Of a DNA stretch of 20,514 nucleotides, positions 6,627 to 15,601 are shown piece by piece (the first letter of the stretch is position 1; each line of letters starts with the position of its first letter). Source of the DNA: Candidatus Methylomirabilota bacterium (GTDB taxonomy: Bacteria > Methylomirabilota > Methylomirabilia > Rokubacteriales > CSP1-6); assembly GCA_046726415.1 (NCBI GenBank), contig JBKPAK010000040.1, positions 1-20,514 of the forward strand. The letters are read 5' to 3'. The notes beneath the pieces were generated by a model, which worked only from the letters and a program-made list of their open reading frames with translations, did no database searches and was not told the DNA's origin. The translations under genes and the position numbers were made by a program.

Positions 6627-8285
6627 ATGGAGCAGCTCCGCGTCGGCGGAAGGGTGAATCGGAGGCGTTTCCTCAAGACCACGGCGGGCGCCGCACTGGC
6701 CGGGTGGTCGCTGAAGGACGCGCCACCCGCGCGGGCGGCGGCGCGTTCCGATCGCGCCCGCGCCCCCGAGGCGAACCCGAAGCGGGGGGGCGTGCTCAAG
6801 TGGGCCGGCCCCGCCGAGGTGGCCCACTTCGACGTGCATCAGGGGGCATTCCGGTTCGTGCTGTGCCAGATGTACAACAACCTGGTGCGGTTCAACCCCG
6901 CCGACGGCCTGAAGACGATCATCCCGGATCTCGCCGAGAGCTGGAAGACGACGCCGGATGGCCGGACGTACACCTTCCGCCTGCGCGATGGGGTGAAGTT
7001 CCACGACGGGACGGCGTTCAGCTCGGCCGACGTGGTGGCCACGTTCTCCCGCATCATCTTTCCGCCCGCCGGGATGGCCAGCATCTACAAGGATCAGTTC
7101 GCGGCGGTGGACAAGGTGGACGCTGTCGACCGCCTCACGGTGCGATTCGTCGTGAAGGAGCCCCGGCCGTATTTCCTCGAGCTCTTCACGCCCTCGTCGA
7201 TGATCGTCTACTCGAAAAAGACCCTCGACGAGAACAACCAGGACCTCCGCAAGGTCATCGCTCCGGGCACCGGCGCCTTCATGTTCAAGGAGCGGAAAGT
7301 GGCCGAGAAGTGGGTGATGGTGCGGAATCCCAGCTACTGGGACTCCGAGCTGCCGTATCTGGACAGCGTGGAGCTGCTGCACATCCCCGCGTGGACGGAT
7401 CGGGGCACCGCCGTGCTCACCGGACAGGCCGACTACTCGCCGAACGTGTCGCTCGAGACGCACCAGGAGGGGCTCAAGCGCAAGGACATCGTGGGGACGG
7501 TCCGGTATCCGGGCGAGTTCAACTCCTACCAGGTGCACATCAACAACGAGCGCAAGCCCTTCAACGACCCCAGGGTGCGGCGGGCCATCAACCTGGCCGT
7601 CAGCCGTCAGAACCTGATCAAGGCATTCGGGACCCAGGAGCCGATCATGCTCACCCGCTGGATGACCCACGCCAGCGACTTCGCCACTCCCATGAAGGAG
7701 CTGGAGAGCCTGCCCGGCTACCGCGCGGACAAGACCGCCGACCTCGCCGAGGCGAAGAAGCTCCTGGCCGCCGCCGGCGTGGCCGGCGGCATCAAAGGTG
7801 TCGACCTGGTGTCGGCCTCGGTGGCCCCGCATGCCGAGATCCTGGCCCCGGCCTTCCAGGAAGAGCTGCGGCGCACGCTCGGCATCGAGACGAAGATCCG
7901 GGTGATGGAGCGGGCCCTCCTCATCGAGGAGCTGAAGAAGGGCACCTTCGACATGATGGTGCACACCGAGTACCGCTCGCCCATTTCGGATCCGGGGCCG
8001 GGCTGGGAGATGTGCCTGAAGACGGGCGGGTCCTTGAACTTCTCTCGCTATGCCAACCCCGAGTTCGACCGCCTCCTGAAGCAGATCAACAGCGAGACGG
8101 ACCGGACCAAGCGGAAGCGGCTCTTCGCCGAGGGCATGGCGCTCTTGGATCAGACGGCCCCGCTCTATCTCATCGGGTTCACCGATCACCTGCCCATGTG
8201 GAGGACTTCCGTCAAGGGCCACGCCAGCGACCTCCGCGCGTTCTCGGAGCTGGGGCGCGTCGACACGTTCTGGCTGGATCGGTAG
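6627..8285 (+). CDS. ABC transporter substrate-binding protein, family 5 (Dpp/Opp/Nik-like), Tat signal
   Basis: NRRRFLK Tat motif; PKRGGVL, PDLAESW...YTFRLRDGVKFHDG, PFNDPRVRRAINLA. Confidence 0.95.
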   Translation: MEQLRVGGRVNRRRFLKTTAGAALAGWSLKDAPPARAAARSDRARAPEANPKRGGVLKWAGPAEVAHFDVHQGAFRFVLCQMYNNLVRFNPADGLKTIIPDLAESWKTTPDGRTYTFRLRDGVKFHDGTAFSSADVVATFSRIIFPPAGMASIYKDQFAAVDKVDAVDRLTVRFVVKEPRPYFLELFTPSSMIVYSKKTLDENNQDLRKVIAPGTGAFMFKERKVAEKWVMVRNPSYWDSELPYLDSVELLHIPAWTDRGTAVLTGQADYSPNVSLETHQEGLKRKDIVGTVRYPGEFNSYQVHINNERKPFNDPRVRRAINLAVSRQNLIKAFGTQEPIMLTRWMTHASDFATPMKELESLPGYRADKTADLAEAKKLLAAAGVAGGIKGVDLVSASVAPHAEILAPAFQEELRRTLGIETKIRVMERALLIEELKKGTFDMMVHTEYRSPISDPGPGWEMCLKTGGSLNFSRYANPEFDRLLKQINSETDRTKRKRLFAEGMALLDQTAPLYLIGFTDHLPMWRTSVKGHASDLRAFSELGRVDTFWLDR

Positions 8286-8342
8286 CCGTCACCTCCCGGA
8301 CTCCAAGAATACCGGGCGGAAGACCGGGGCGACGGGCAAGCC

Positions 8343-9302
8343 ATGCGCAAGTACCTGGCCCATCGGCTGCTCATCGCGATTCCGACGCTCCTGGGCGTCA
8401 CCCTGCTCATCTTCATCGCCATGCGGGTGCTGCCCGGTGATCCCCTGGCGGCAATCTCCGGCGAGGGCGGGGGAAGCTATGTCCTGAACCAGGAGCAGCT
8501 CCAGGCCGCGCGGGCCAGCCTCGGCCTGGATCGACCGTACGCGATCCAGTACCTGGACTGGCTGAAGGACATCCTGCGCGGGGACCTCGGCAAGTCGTTC
8601 TGGCGCGGCGAGCCCATCCGGGAGCTCATCTTCCGGCGCGGCCCCATCACCGGGCAGATCGCGGTGATGGCCGTGCTCCTCTCCTGGCTCATCGGCCTGC
8701 CGGTGGGGCTCGTCGGCGCGGTGTGGCGGAACTCGTGGACCGACTACGCCTCCCGGTTCGTCGTCGTGCTCTTCATGGCCATCCCCAGCTTCTGGGTCGG
8801 GCTGATGATCGTCCTTTCGCTGGTCCTGGCCTTCACGTGGAGGCCACCCTTGACCATCGCGTACCTGTGGGACGACCCCATCCGAAATCTGCAGATGACG
8901 GCGGGGCCGGCCCTGGCCCTGGGGATTGCGCTGGCCGCGATGATGGCGCGCATCACGCGCTCCTCGGTGCTCGAGGTGCTCGGCGAAGACTATGTCCGCA
9001 CGGCCCGGGCCAAAGGTCTGCGCGAGCAGATCGTGGTGTGGCGCCACGCGCTCGTCAACGCCATGCTCCCCATCCTCACCGTGTCGGGCACGACGCTGGG
9101 AGCTCTCCTGGGCGGTTCAGTGGCGGTGGAACGCGCCTTCGGCGTGCCGGGACTGGGCCTGGCCCTGGTGTTCGCCATCGCCGAGCGCGACTGGATGCTC
9201 ATCCAGAACCTCGTCTTGCTCTACGGCGTCATCTTCGTCCTGATCAACCTGGTGGTCGACATCAGCTACGGCTGGTTCGACCCCCGCATCCGCTATCAAT
9301 AG
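8343..9302 (+). CDS. ABC permease, DppB/OppB-like
   Basis: RVLPGDP, LGLDRP, GDLGKS, EAA-loop EDYVRTARAKGL, C-terminal DPRIRY. Confidence 0.95.
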   Translation: MRKYLAHRLLIAIPTLLGVTLLIFIAMRVLPGDPLAAISGEGGGSYVLNQEQLQAARASLGLDRPYAIQYLDWLKDILRGDLGKSFWRGEPIRELIFRRGPITGQIAVMAVLLSWLIGLPVGLVGAVWRNSWTDYASRFVVVLFMAIPSFWVGLMIVLSLVLAFTWRPPLTIAYLWDDPIRNLQMTAGPALALGIALAAMMARITRSSVLEVLGEDYVRTARAKGLREQIVVWRHALVNAMLPILTVSGTTLGALLGGSVAVERAFGVPGLGLALVFAIAERDWMLIQNLVLLYGVIFVLINLVVDISYGWFDPRIRYQ

Positions 9303-10157
9303 ATGCGCGCGCCCATGGTCGTGGCGCGCTTCTTCCGCTCTTCACCGCTCGGTGGCGTCTGCGCCCTGGTGTTGCTGCTCCTGGTATCGGTGGCCGTGTT
9401 GGCGGATCGGCTCGCGCCCCACAACCCGCTCACCGCGAACTACGCTCTCACCCGCGACCCGCCCCTGGCCCGACACGTCCTGGGCACCGATCACCTCGGG
9501 CGCGACGTGCTGAGCCGGATCATCTTCGGCGCTCGCGTCACCCTGCTCGTGGCCATCAGCTCGGTGCTCCTCGGCGATACCGTCGGGTTCGTCTGGGGCC
9601 TGGCCAGTGGCTACTTTGGCGGCCGGGTGGACCTGCTCAGTCAGCGGGTGCTCGACGTCCTGATGTCGCTGCCGTCCATCATCCTGGCCCTGCTGCTGAT
9701 GGTGGGGCTGGGCGCCGGGCTGTCCACGGTCATCGTGGCCATCGCGGTCACCCGCGTGCCTCTCAGCAGTCGCGTCGTCCGGTCGATGGTGCTCTCCATC
9801 AAGGAACTTTCGTACGTGGAAGCGGCCCAGGTGCTCGGGGCCTCCCGGGCGCGGGTGATGGCCAGGCACATCGCGCCGCAGTGCGTGGCCCCTTTCCTGA
9901 TCATCACCACGGGGCACCTGGGCGCGGCCATCTTCATCGAGGCGGCGCTGAGCTTCGTGGGGGTCGGCGTGCCTCCCCCGACTCCCAGCTGGGGCAACAT
10001 GCTGGGCGGCGTCCTGGCCGAGGCATTCAAGCCCCCCTGGTGGATGGTCGTCTTCCCCGGGGCGGCCATCACGGTCACGATCTTGGCCGTGAACCTGTTC
10101 GGGGACGCCCTGCGCGACTTCCTCGATCCGAAGCTGAGAACCGAGGCGCGGGGCTGA
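9303..10157 (+). CDS. ABC permease, DppC/OppC-like
   Basis: LGTDHLGRDVLSRIIFGAR, YVEAAQVLGAS, PPTPSWG, NLFGDALRDFLDP. Confidence 0.95.
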   Translation: MRAPMVVARFFRSSPLGGVCALVLLLLVSVAVLADRLAPHNPLTANYALTRDPPLARHVLGTDHLGRDVLSRIIFGARVTLLVAISSVLLGDTVGFVWGLASGYFGGRVDLLSQRVLDVLMSLPSIILALLLMVGLGAGLSTVIVAIAVTRVPLSSRVVRSMVLSIKELSYVEAAQVLGASRARVMARHIAPQCVAPFLIITTGHLGAAIFIEAALSFVGVGVPPPTPSWGNMLGGVLAEAFKPPWWMVVFPGAAITVTILAVNLFGDALRDFLDPKLRTEARG

Positions 10158-10362
10158 GCCGATACCGCGGGGAACGGCGGAGCGATTGCCGTAGGCTGCG
10201 TGCTTCGCATCGTCCCATCCACCCACGCTGCACGCTAGGTGGTTCCGGGTGCGCCGGGCGGGGCGATCCATTCGTGGACTGACTCTATGGCCTCGGAGCC
10301 CACGATGCCCCGGCCCAGGGTGCTTCCGAGGTGATAAGGTTGGCGCACGCTTGGATCCCGCG

Positions 10363-13300
10363 ATGGCGCGACTGGACTTGACACTCCTGGAGGGCTTCCG
10401 CGCCCGACTGGTGACGGGCCCGCCGCTGGTGTTGCCGACGCGGAAAGCGCAGGCCTTGCTCGCCTACCTCGCTCTGCCTCTCGGTCAGGCGCACTCCCGC
10501 GACAAGATCGCCGCGCTGCTCTGGGGCGACATGCGCCAGCCCCAGGCCCGCGCGAGCCTGCGCCAGGCGCTGACCGCCATTCGCCGGGCCCTGGCCGGCG
10601 TAGACGTTCTGCGCGCCGACGCGGAGACCGTCGCCCTCGATCCGGCGGCGGTCGCCGTCGATGCTCTGACCTTCCAGCAGAACGTGAAGACTGGCACCCT
10701 CGAGGCGCTGGAGCAGGCCGCCGCTCTCTACCAAGGCGACCTCCTCGCCGGACTCGCCCTGAACGAGGCGCCGTTCGAGGAGTGGTTGTTGAGCGAGCGC
10801 GAGCGCTTGCACGAGCTTGCCCTGGGCGCCTTTGCCAAGCTCCTCGCCCAGCAGCGCGTCGTCGGTGCGACCGAGGCCGCCGTGCAATCGGCTCTCCGGG
10901 TCCTGACGCTCGATCCGCTCCACGAGCCCGTGCACCGCGCGCTCATGCGTCTCTACGCCCAGCTCGGGCGCCGCGGCGCCGCCCTGCACCAGTACCAGGT
11001 CTGCGTCGCCACTCTCGAGCGCGAGCTCCACGCCGAGCCGGAAACGGAGACGAAGGCGCTCTACGAGGAGATCCTGCGCCGGCAGCCCACGCCCGTCGAC
11101 GAGGGTGCCTCGCCGAGGCAGCGGGCCGTGGCGCCGGCCCCGGCGCCTCGACTCATCGCGGCGGCGCCGGAGACGCCCCTGGTGGGCCGGGACGCCGAGC
11201 TCGCGATCCTCGAGAAAGCCTTGGCTCAATCGCTCGATGGCGATGGACGCCTCGTCACCCTTCTCGGCGAGGCGGGCATCGGCAAGAGCCGGCTCGCGGC
11301 GGAGATCGCAACGATCGCGGCGTCCCGCGATTGCCAGGTCATGCTGGGACGGTGCTACGAAACCGAGCAGGCGCTGCCGTTCGCCCCGTGGGTCGATGCG
11401 CTGCGGAGCGCGCGAGTGACCGACAACGACGCGCTGGTGACGGGGCTCGCACCAGTGTGGCGCGCGGAGCTGGCGCGGCTCCTCCCCGAGGTCGGCGTCG
11501 GAGCGTCGGCTGGGCGGCCCGACGCCGAGCCCCGGAACCTGTTCGAGGCTGTCGTCCAGGTGGTGCATCACCTCGCGGCCGAGCGGCCGCTCGTGGCGAT
11601 GTTCGAGGATCTGCACTGGGCCGACGAGATGAGCCTCCGCCTGCTGGCCTTCACGGGCCGCCGGCTGACCGGCCGCATCATGCTCGTCGCCACCGCGCGA
11701 CGAGGATCTCTCCTTGACCCCGCTCCTTGGCCAGACCCTCGGCGAGCTGGAGCGCGAGCAGCGCCTGGTCGCCCTGCGACTCGCCCCGCTCTCCCGCGAG
11801 GACACCATGGCGCTGACCTCGCGCCTGGTGGAGAGCAGCCGCATTCCGGCGGAGGTCGCGGCGATCGAAGAGCAAGTCTGGCGAGCGAGCGAAGGGAATC
11901 CCTTCGTCGCGGTGGAAACTGTCCGCGCCCTCCGCCGCGAGCGCGTACCGACGGGCGATCGCCGCACGCTCCTGCCCAGTCGCGTGCACGATCTCATCGC
12001 CCAGCGGCTCGCGCGGCTAGGCGAGCCGAGCCGGCGGCTCGTCACCGTCGCCGCGGTCGTCGGGCACCAGTGCGACTTCGCGCTGTTGCAGCAGGCCGCC
12101 GACGTGCCCGAGTTGGACGCGGCGCGCGCGATGGAGGAACTGGTGCGCCACCGCGTGCTCCACCAGTCGGGCGACGGGTTCGAGTTCACCCACGACCGGA
12201 TCCGCGAGGTAGCGCACACCGATCTCCTCGCCCCTCATCGGCTCGTCCTGCACCGGCGGATCGCCGAGAGCTTGGAGGCGCGAACTGCGGGACCGCACGC
12301 CGCCGATGCGCTGACCCTGGGCACCCACTACTGGGCCGCGGAGGTCTGGGACAAGGCGGCACGCCATCTGAAAGAGGCGGGGCACGCGGCGGGGTCCCGG
12401 CTCGCGCCGGCCGATGCCGCGGCCCGGTTCGAGCAGGCTCTCGACGCCCTCGGGAGGCTCGCCGAGAGCCGGCAGACTCGCGAGGAGGCGTTCGAGATCC
12501 ACTTCGCACTGGGTCGCGTCGCGTACTTCTCCCTCGGTGACCTCAACCGCGCGCTTCAGCACCACCGCACCGCCGAGGGCTTCGCGCGCGCGCTTGGCGA
12601 CGACCGGCGCCTCAGCCAGGTGCTGGGGGGGATGCTCTATCTGCTGTCGAGCGACGGCTTGCACGGAGAGGCGAGCGAGGCGGGCGAGCGTGCTTTGGCC
12701 CTGGCGCGCGGGCTCGATGACCTGACCTTGCAGGCCTGGACGGGTGTCGGACTGGGCCGAGCGTACTTTGCCCTCGGACAGTACCGTCTTGGCATCGAGC
12801 GGACCCGCTGGCTCGTCGCGATGGACACCCGGACACCTTTGGATGCCTCGGCGCGGCCGGCCACCTTGCTCCCCTCGGTGGGCTCGCGGACGTGGCTCGC
12901 GCACTGCCTGGCCCGGATCGGCGAGTACGGCGAAGCGTTGAGCGCGGCCGAGGACGCCGTTCATGCGGCCGAGCGAGCCGACAACGCCCAGAGTCGTGTC
13001 TGGGCGTACTACACCCGGGCCTACATTCAACTGACTCGCGGCGAGTCCGCGCCCGCCCTCGCGCTGCTCGAGCGCGCACTGGCTCTGTGCCGCAACGGCG
13101 AGCTTCCGCTTTACTACCCCCGCGTGCTCGGGGCGCTGGGCTCGGCCCACGCGCTCGAGGGACACACGGAGCAAGCCGTCGAGCTGCTCGAGCGCGCGGT
13201 GGCGGAATCGCGCGCCATCCGCCTTTTATATGGATACGCCGGCCTCGTGGCCTCACTGGCCGAAGCCTGTCTCGGGGCCGGGCGCTTCGACGACGCCGGC

Positions 13301-13644
13301 CGCCTGGCGGCCGAAGCGGTCGCGCTGGCGCGCGAGCGCGGCGAACGGGGCGACGAGGGATGGGCTCTCCACCTGTCCGCCGAGATCGCCGCCCGGCGAG
13401 GACCTCCGGGTCTCGCGGAGGCCACGGTGGCGTACCGCCAGGCGCTCGCCGTTGCCGAGGCGCTCGAGATGCGTCCCGGCTCGCGGCGCGCTGCCATCTG
13501 GGACTCGGAGCGCTGGCCAGCGGCGCCGGAGAGGTCCTCGAAGCGCAGGCCCAGCTCGCGCGGGCCAGCGAGCTGTTCGCCGCGCTCGGCATCGCTCGCT
13601 GGCGCCGCGAAGCCGAGGCACGGTCGGCCGAGATCGCGCGCTGA
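10363..13644 (+). pseudogene. SARP/AfsR-type STAND regulator (wHTH-BTAD-AAA ATPase-TPR), split by two frameshifts
   Basis: RKAQALLAYL, BTAD DPLHEPVHRALM, Walker A GEAGIGKS, Walker B FEDLHWAD, SEGNPF, FTHDRIRE, TPR-like helices. Frame changes at ~11698 (apparent 2-bp loss) and ~13478 (apparent 2-bp gain). Confidence 0.88.
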
Positions 13645-13865
13645 CTCCGACTCTCGGAACAGAGCGTTGCCGCGCGAGACCTGGGCCGGCCGCTCGAGAA
13701 TCGCTCCCGCAAAGGGTCTAAAACCAGCGTCGCCGCCCATAGCGAGCCGCTGCAATCTGGCCGTGGGAGCCGATGGGGTTGTCACTCTGCGCCCACGCGC
13801 CGATCACATGATCGTGTTGGGTTCTGCGCGCTGAGCTATAGCCGTGATTCTCCCACCCGCTGTTC

Positions 13866-14336
13866 ATGGAGGTGGCCGCATGCATCAGGGCGCCCGCGAT
13901 TGTCGCCATGGCACTCGTCTCTCTCGCGCTCGCCCATGCCGGGGCACACGCACAGACGCCGTCACCGTTTGCCAACCCGCTCTACAGACAGTGGGTGGGC
14001 TTCGCCGTGGGAACGAGCGTCACCTTCACGGATCAGAGGTGGGTTGTGGGCCAGCGGGGGAGCCAGCACGTCGTCACCCAGCAGCTGGTCTCGTCGTCGC
14101 CTGACGAGATAGTGGTCACATGGACGAGCCGACCTTCGTGGGCGCGGCGCACCGCTCACTTCGACGTGTTCACGGCCGACTCGACAGGCAGCTACACGGT
14201 GGAGCAGAATTTCTTGGAGATCAATACGGAGCTCAATACCCTGTGTTTGGAGCCCGGCGATTGCGACAGGTATGCGACCTGGGCGATGAACGCGCACGCC
14301 GGTGATGGCGTCAACGACCTGAAGACCTGCAGATGA
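13866..14336 (+). CDS. Hypothetical secreted protein, possibly frameshifted or chimeric
   Basis: Signal-peptide-like IVAMALVSLALAHAGAHA-Q. The best SD (GGAGGT 13868-13873) precedes an out-of-frame ATG at 13880. Confidence 0.45.
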   Translation: MEVAACIRAPAIVAMALVSLALAHAGAHAQTPSPFANPLYRQWVGFAVGTSVTFTDQRWVVGQRGSQHVVTQQLVSSSPDEIVVTWTSRPSWARRTAHFDVFTADSTGSYTVEQNFLEINTELNTLCLEPGDCDRYATWAMNAHAGDGVNDLKTCR

Positions 14337-14488
14337 GACGAGGGGTACGGCGGCGAGAGGGCTGCGCGACCCCAACGGGAGGCGCCGGCCCGGTGACCGT
14401 TATCGACTAGCCTTACTGACGCGTCTTCGGAGGGCTCCCATGAGTGAGCGCGTTCGATCGGAGACGAAGTTTTGGCATAGGAGATATC

Positions 14489-14722
14489 TTGCCGGCTGAG
14501 GTCACGCGGCGGCAAATGGAGCGGTGGTTGCTCGAACATGGGTTCCAGGAGCTGCCTGGCAAGAAGACGAGCCACCGCCAGTACGAGGGACATGGGATCA
14601 AGATCGCCCTGCCTGGGCACGGTCCGCAGGATCTGACGAAAAAGCACGTCGCGCTCATCGTGCGACAGCTCGTGGTGGCGGGATTCGACCGCGCGCGGGT
14701 GCTCCATGAGCTCAAGGGATAG
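14489..14722 (+). CDS. HicA-like mRNA interferase toxin (orphan), 77 aa
   Basis: TTG at 14489 with AGGAG SD; (M)PAEVTRRQMERWLLEHGF...KTSHRQY...IALPGHGPQDL follows the HicA GF...SH...PxH pattern. Confidence 0.65.
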   Translation: MPAEVTRRQMERWLLEHGFQELPGKKTSHRQYEGHGIKIALPGHGPQDLTKKHVALIVRQLVVAGFDRARVLHELKG

Positions 14723-14908
14723 CGTGGCGGATCAGCGATGCGACGCGCGTGGAGGAGCTACCTGAGGGTCAAGTTTTTCCAATACGACCGCCGTTGCCGG
14801 AGGGACGAGGAACGGTGTCGCCTCAGCGCGACGAGTAATGGCTGATCGCGGTACCTCGGAGCGAGCGATCGAGCCGCACGGGACGCATCGCACGGAGGAA
14901 GACAGACG

Positions 14909-15286
14909 ATGACGACCGTCAATGTCCGTTACATCGTCGACGACGTCGACGCCGCCGTTGCCTTTTACACGACTCATCTTGGCTTTAAGCTCATCTCCAA
15001 GACACCGCCGGCTTTCGCCGATGTCGCCCTCGGGGACTTGCGGCTGCTACTCAGCGGACCGACGAGCTCGGCGGGGCGGCCGATGCCCGACGGCCGCCGG
15101 CCTACGCCGGGCGGCTGGAACCGTATCCACCTCATCGTCGATGATCTCTCGGCTGAGGTAGGTCGACTCCGGAGTGTCGGCGTGCTCTTTCGAAACGACA
15201 TTGTCACTGGACCAGGCGGCTCGCAGATCCTGTTAGACGACCCCTCCGGCAATCCAATTGAGCTCTTTGAGCCCCGGCGCCAGTGA
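14909..15286 (+). CDS. VOC/glyoxalase family protein
   Basis: VRYIVDDVDAAVAFYTTHLGF, PGGWNRIHL, DPSGNPIELFE; SD GGAGG. Confidence 0.93.
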   Translation: MTTVNVRYIVDDVDAAVAFYTTHLGFKLISKTPPAFADVALGDLRLLLSGPTSSAGRPMPDGRRPTPGGWNRIHLIVDDLSAEVGRLRSVGVLFRNDIVTGPGGSQILLDDPSGNPIELFEPRRQ

Positions 15287-15601
15287 CAGCTGACCGGGAG
15301 GCGGTTTCCCGAACGTCGACCTCAAGAATCGACTCGACATCATCGCGAGGTGGGGGAACCGCGAGTGCTTACCGTGGAGGCAGCAGGTCGGCCACCCCCA
15401 CCCGGTCGTTGGGAAACGCGAGAGGAACGACGACCGCCGGTGGCGCGAGCGTCGTGACGGATCGGTATCGCCATCCATAGATGGCCAGGGAGAGGGAGTC
15501 AGAGAATACGTCACCGACCTTGCGACATGCAGTACTCAAGCGTAGCGAGCGATCGTGGCAAAGAGCGCCGGTCGCGCTCGCCCGGCCACGATAAAAGCGG
15601 G

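Noticed and set aside
5960-6799. 279-aa extended YciI
   Set aside because: The extension overlaps the SBP gene; a TTG with a strong SD at 6337 gives the normal family length.
6348-8440. 624-aa minus-strand and 578-aa alternate-frame ORFs
   Set aside because: Shadows of the well-supported SBP gene; no recognisable domain.
10285-13174. 644-aa and 385-aa minus-strand ORFs
   Set aside because: Antisense to regulator 1; their break points merely mirror its frameshifts.
2244-14133. CGAGCCGAC near three breakpoints (2245, 5933, 14125) as a recombination site
   Set aside because: GC-rich 9-mer that also occurs inside coding sequence (~12974) and is not at a fixed distance from the junctions.
14736-14892. 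GCGATGCG/CGCATCGC inverted pair as MITE ends
   Set aside because: Only 8 bp of exact match, no target duplication and no second copy in the window.
15283-15601. Short ORFs between the VOC gene and regulator 2
   Set aside because: Open frames on both strands but no recognisable motif or convincing start and SD.
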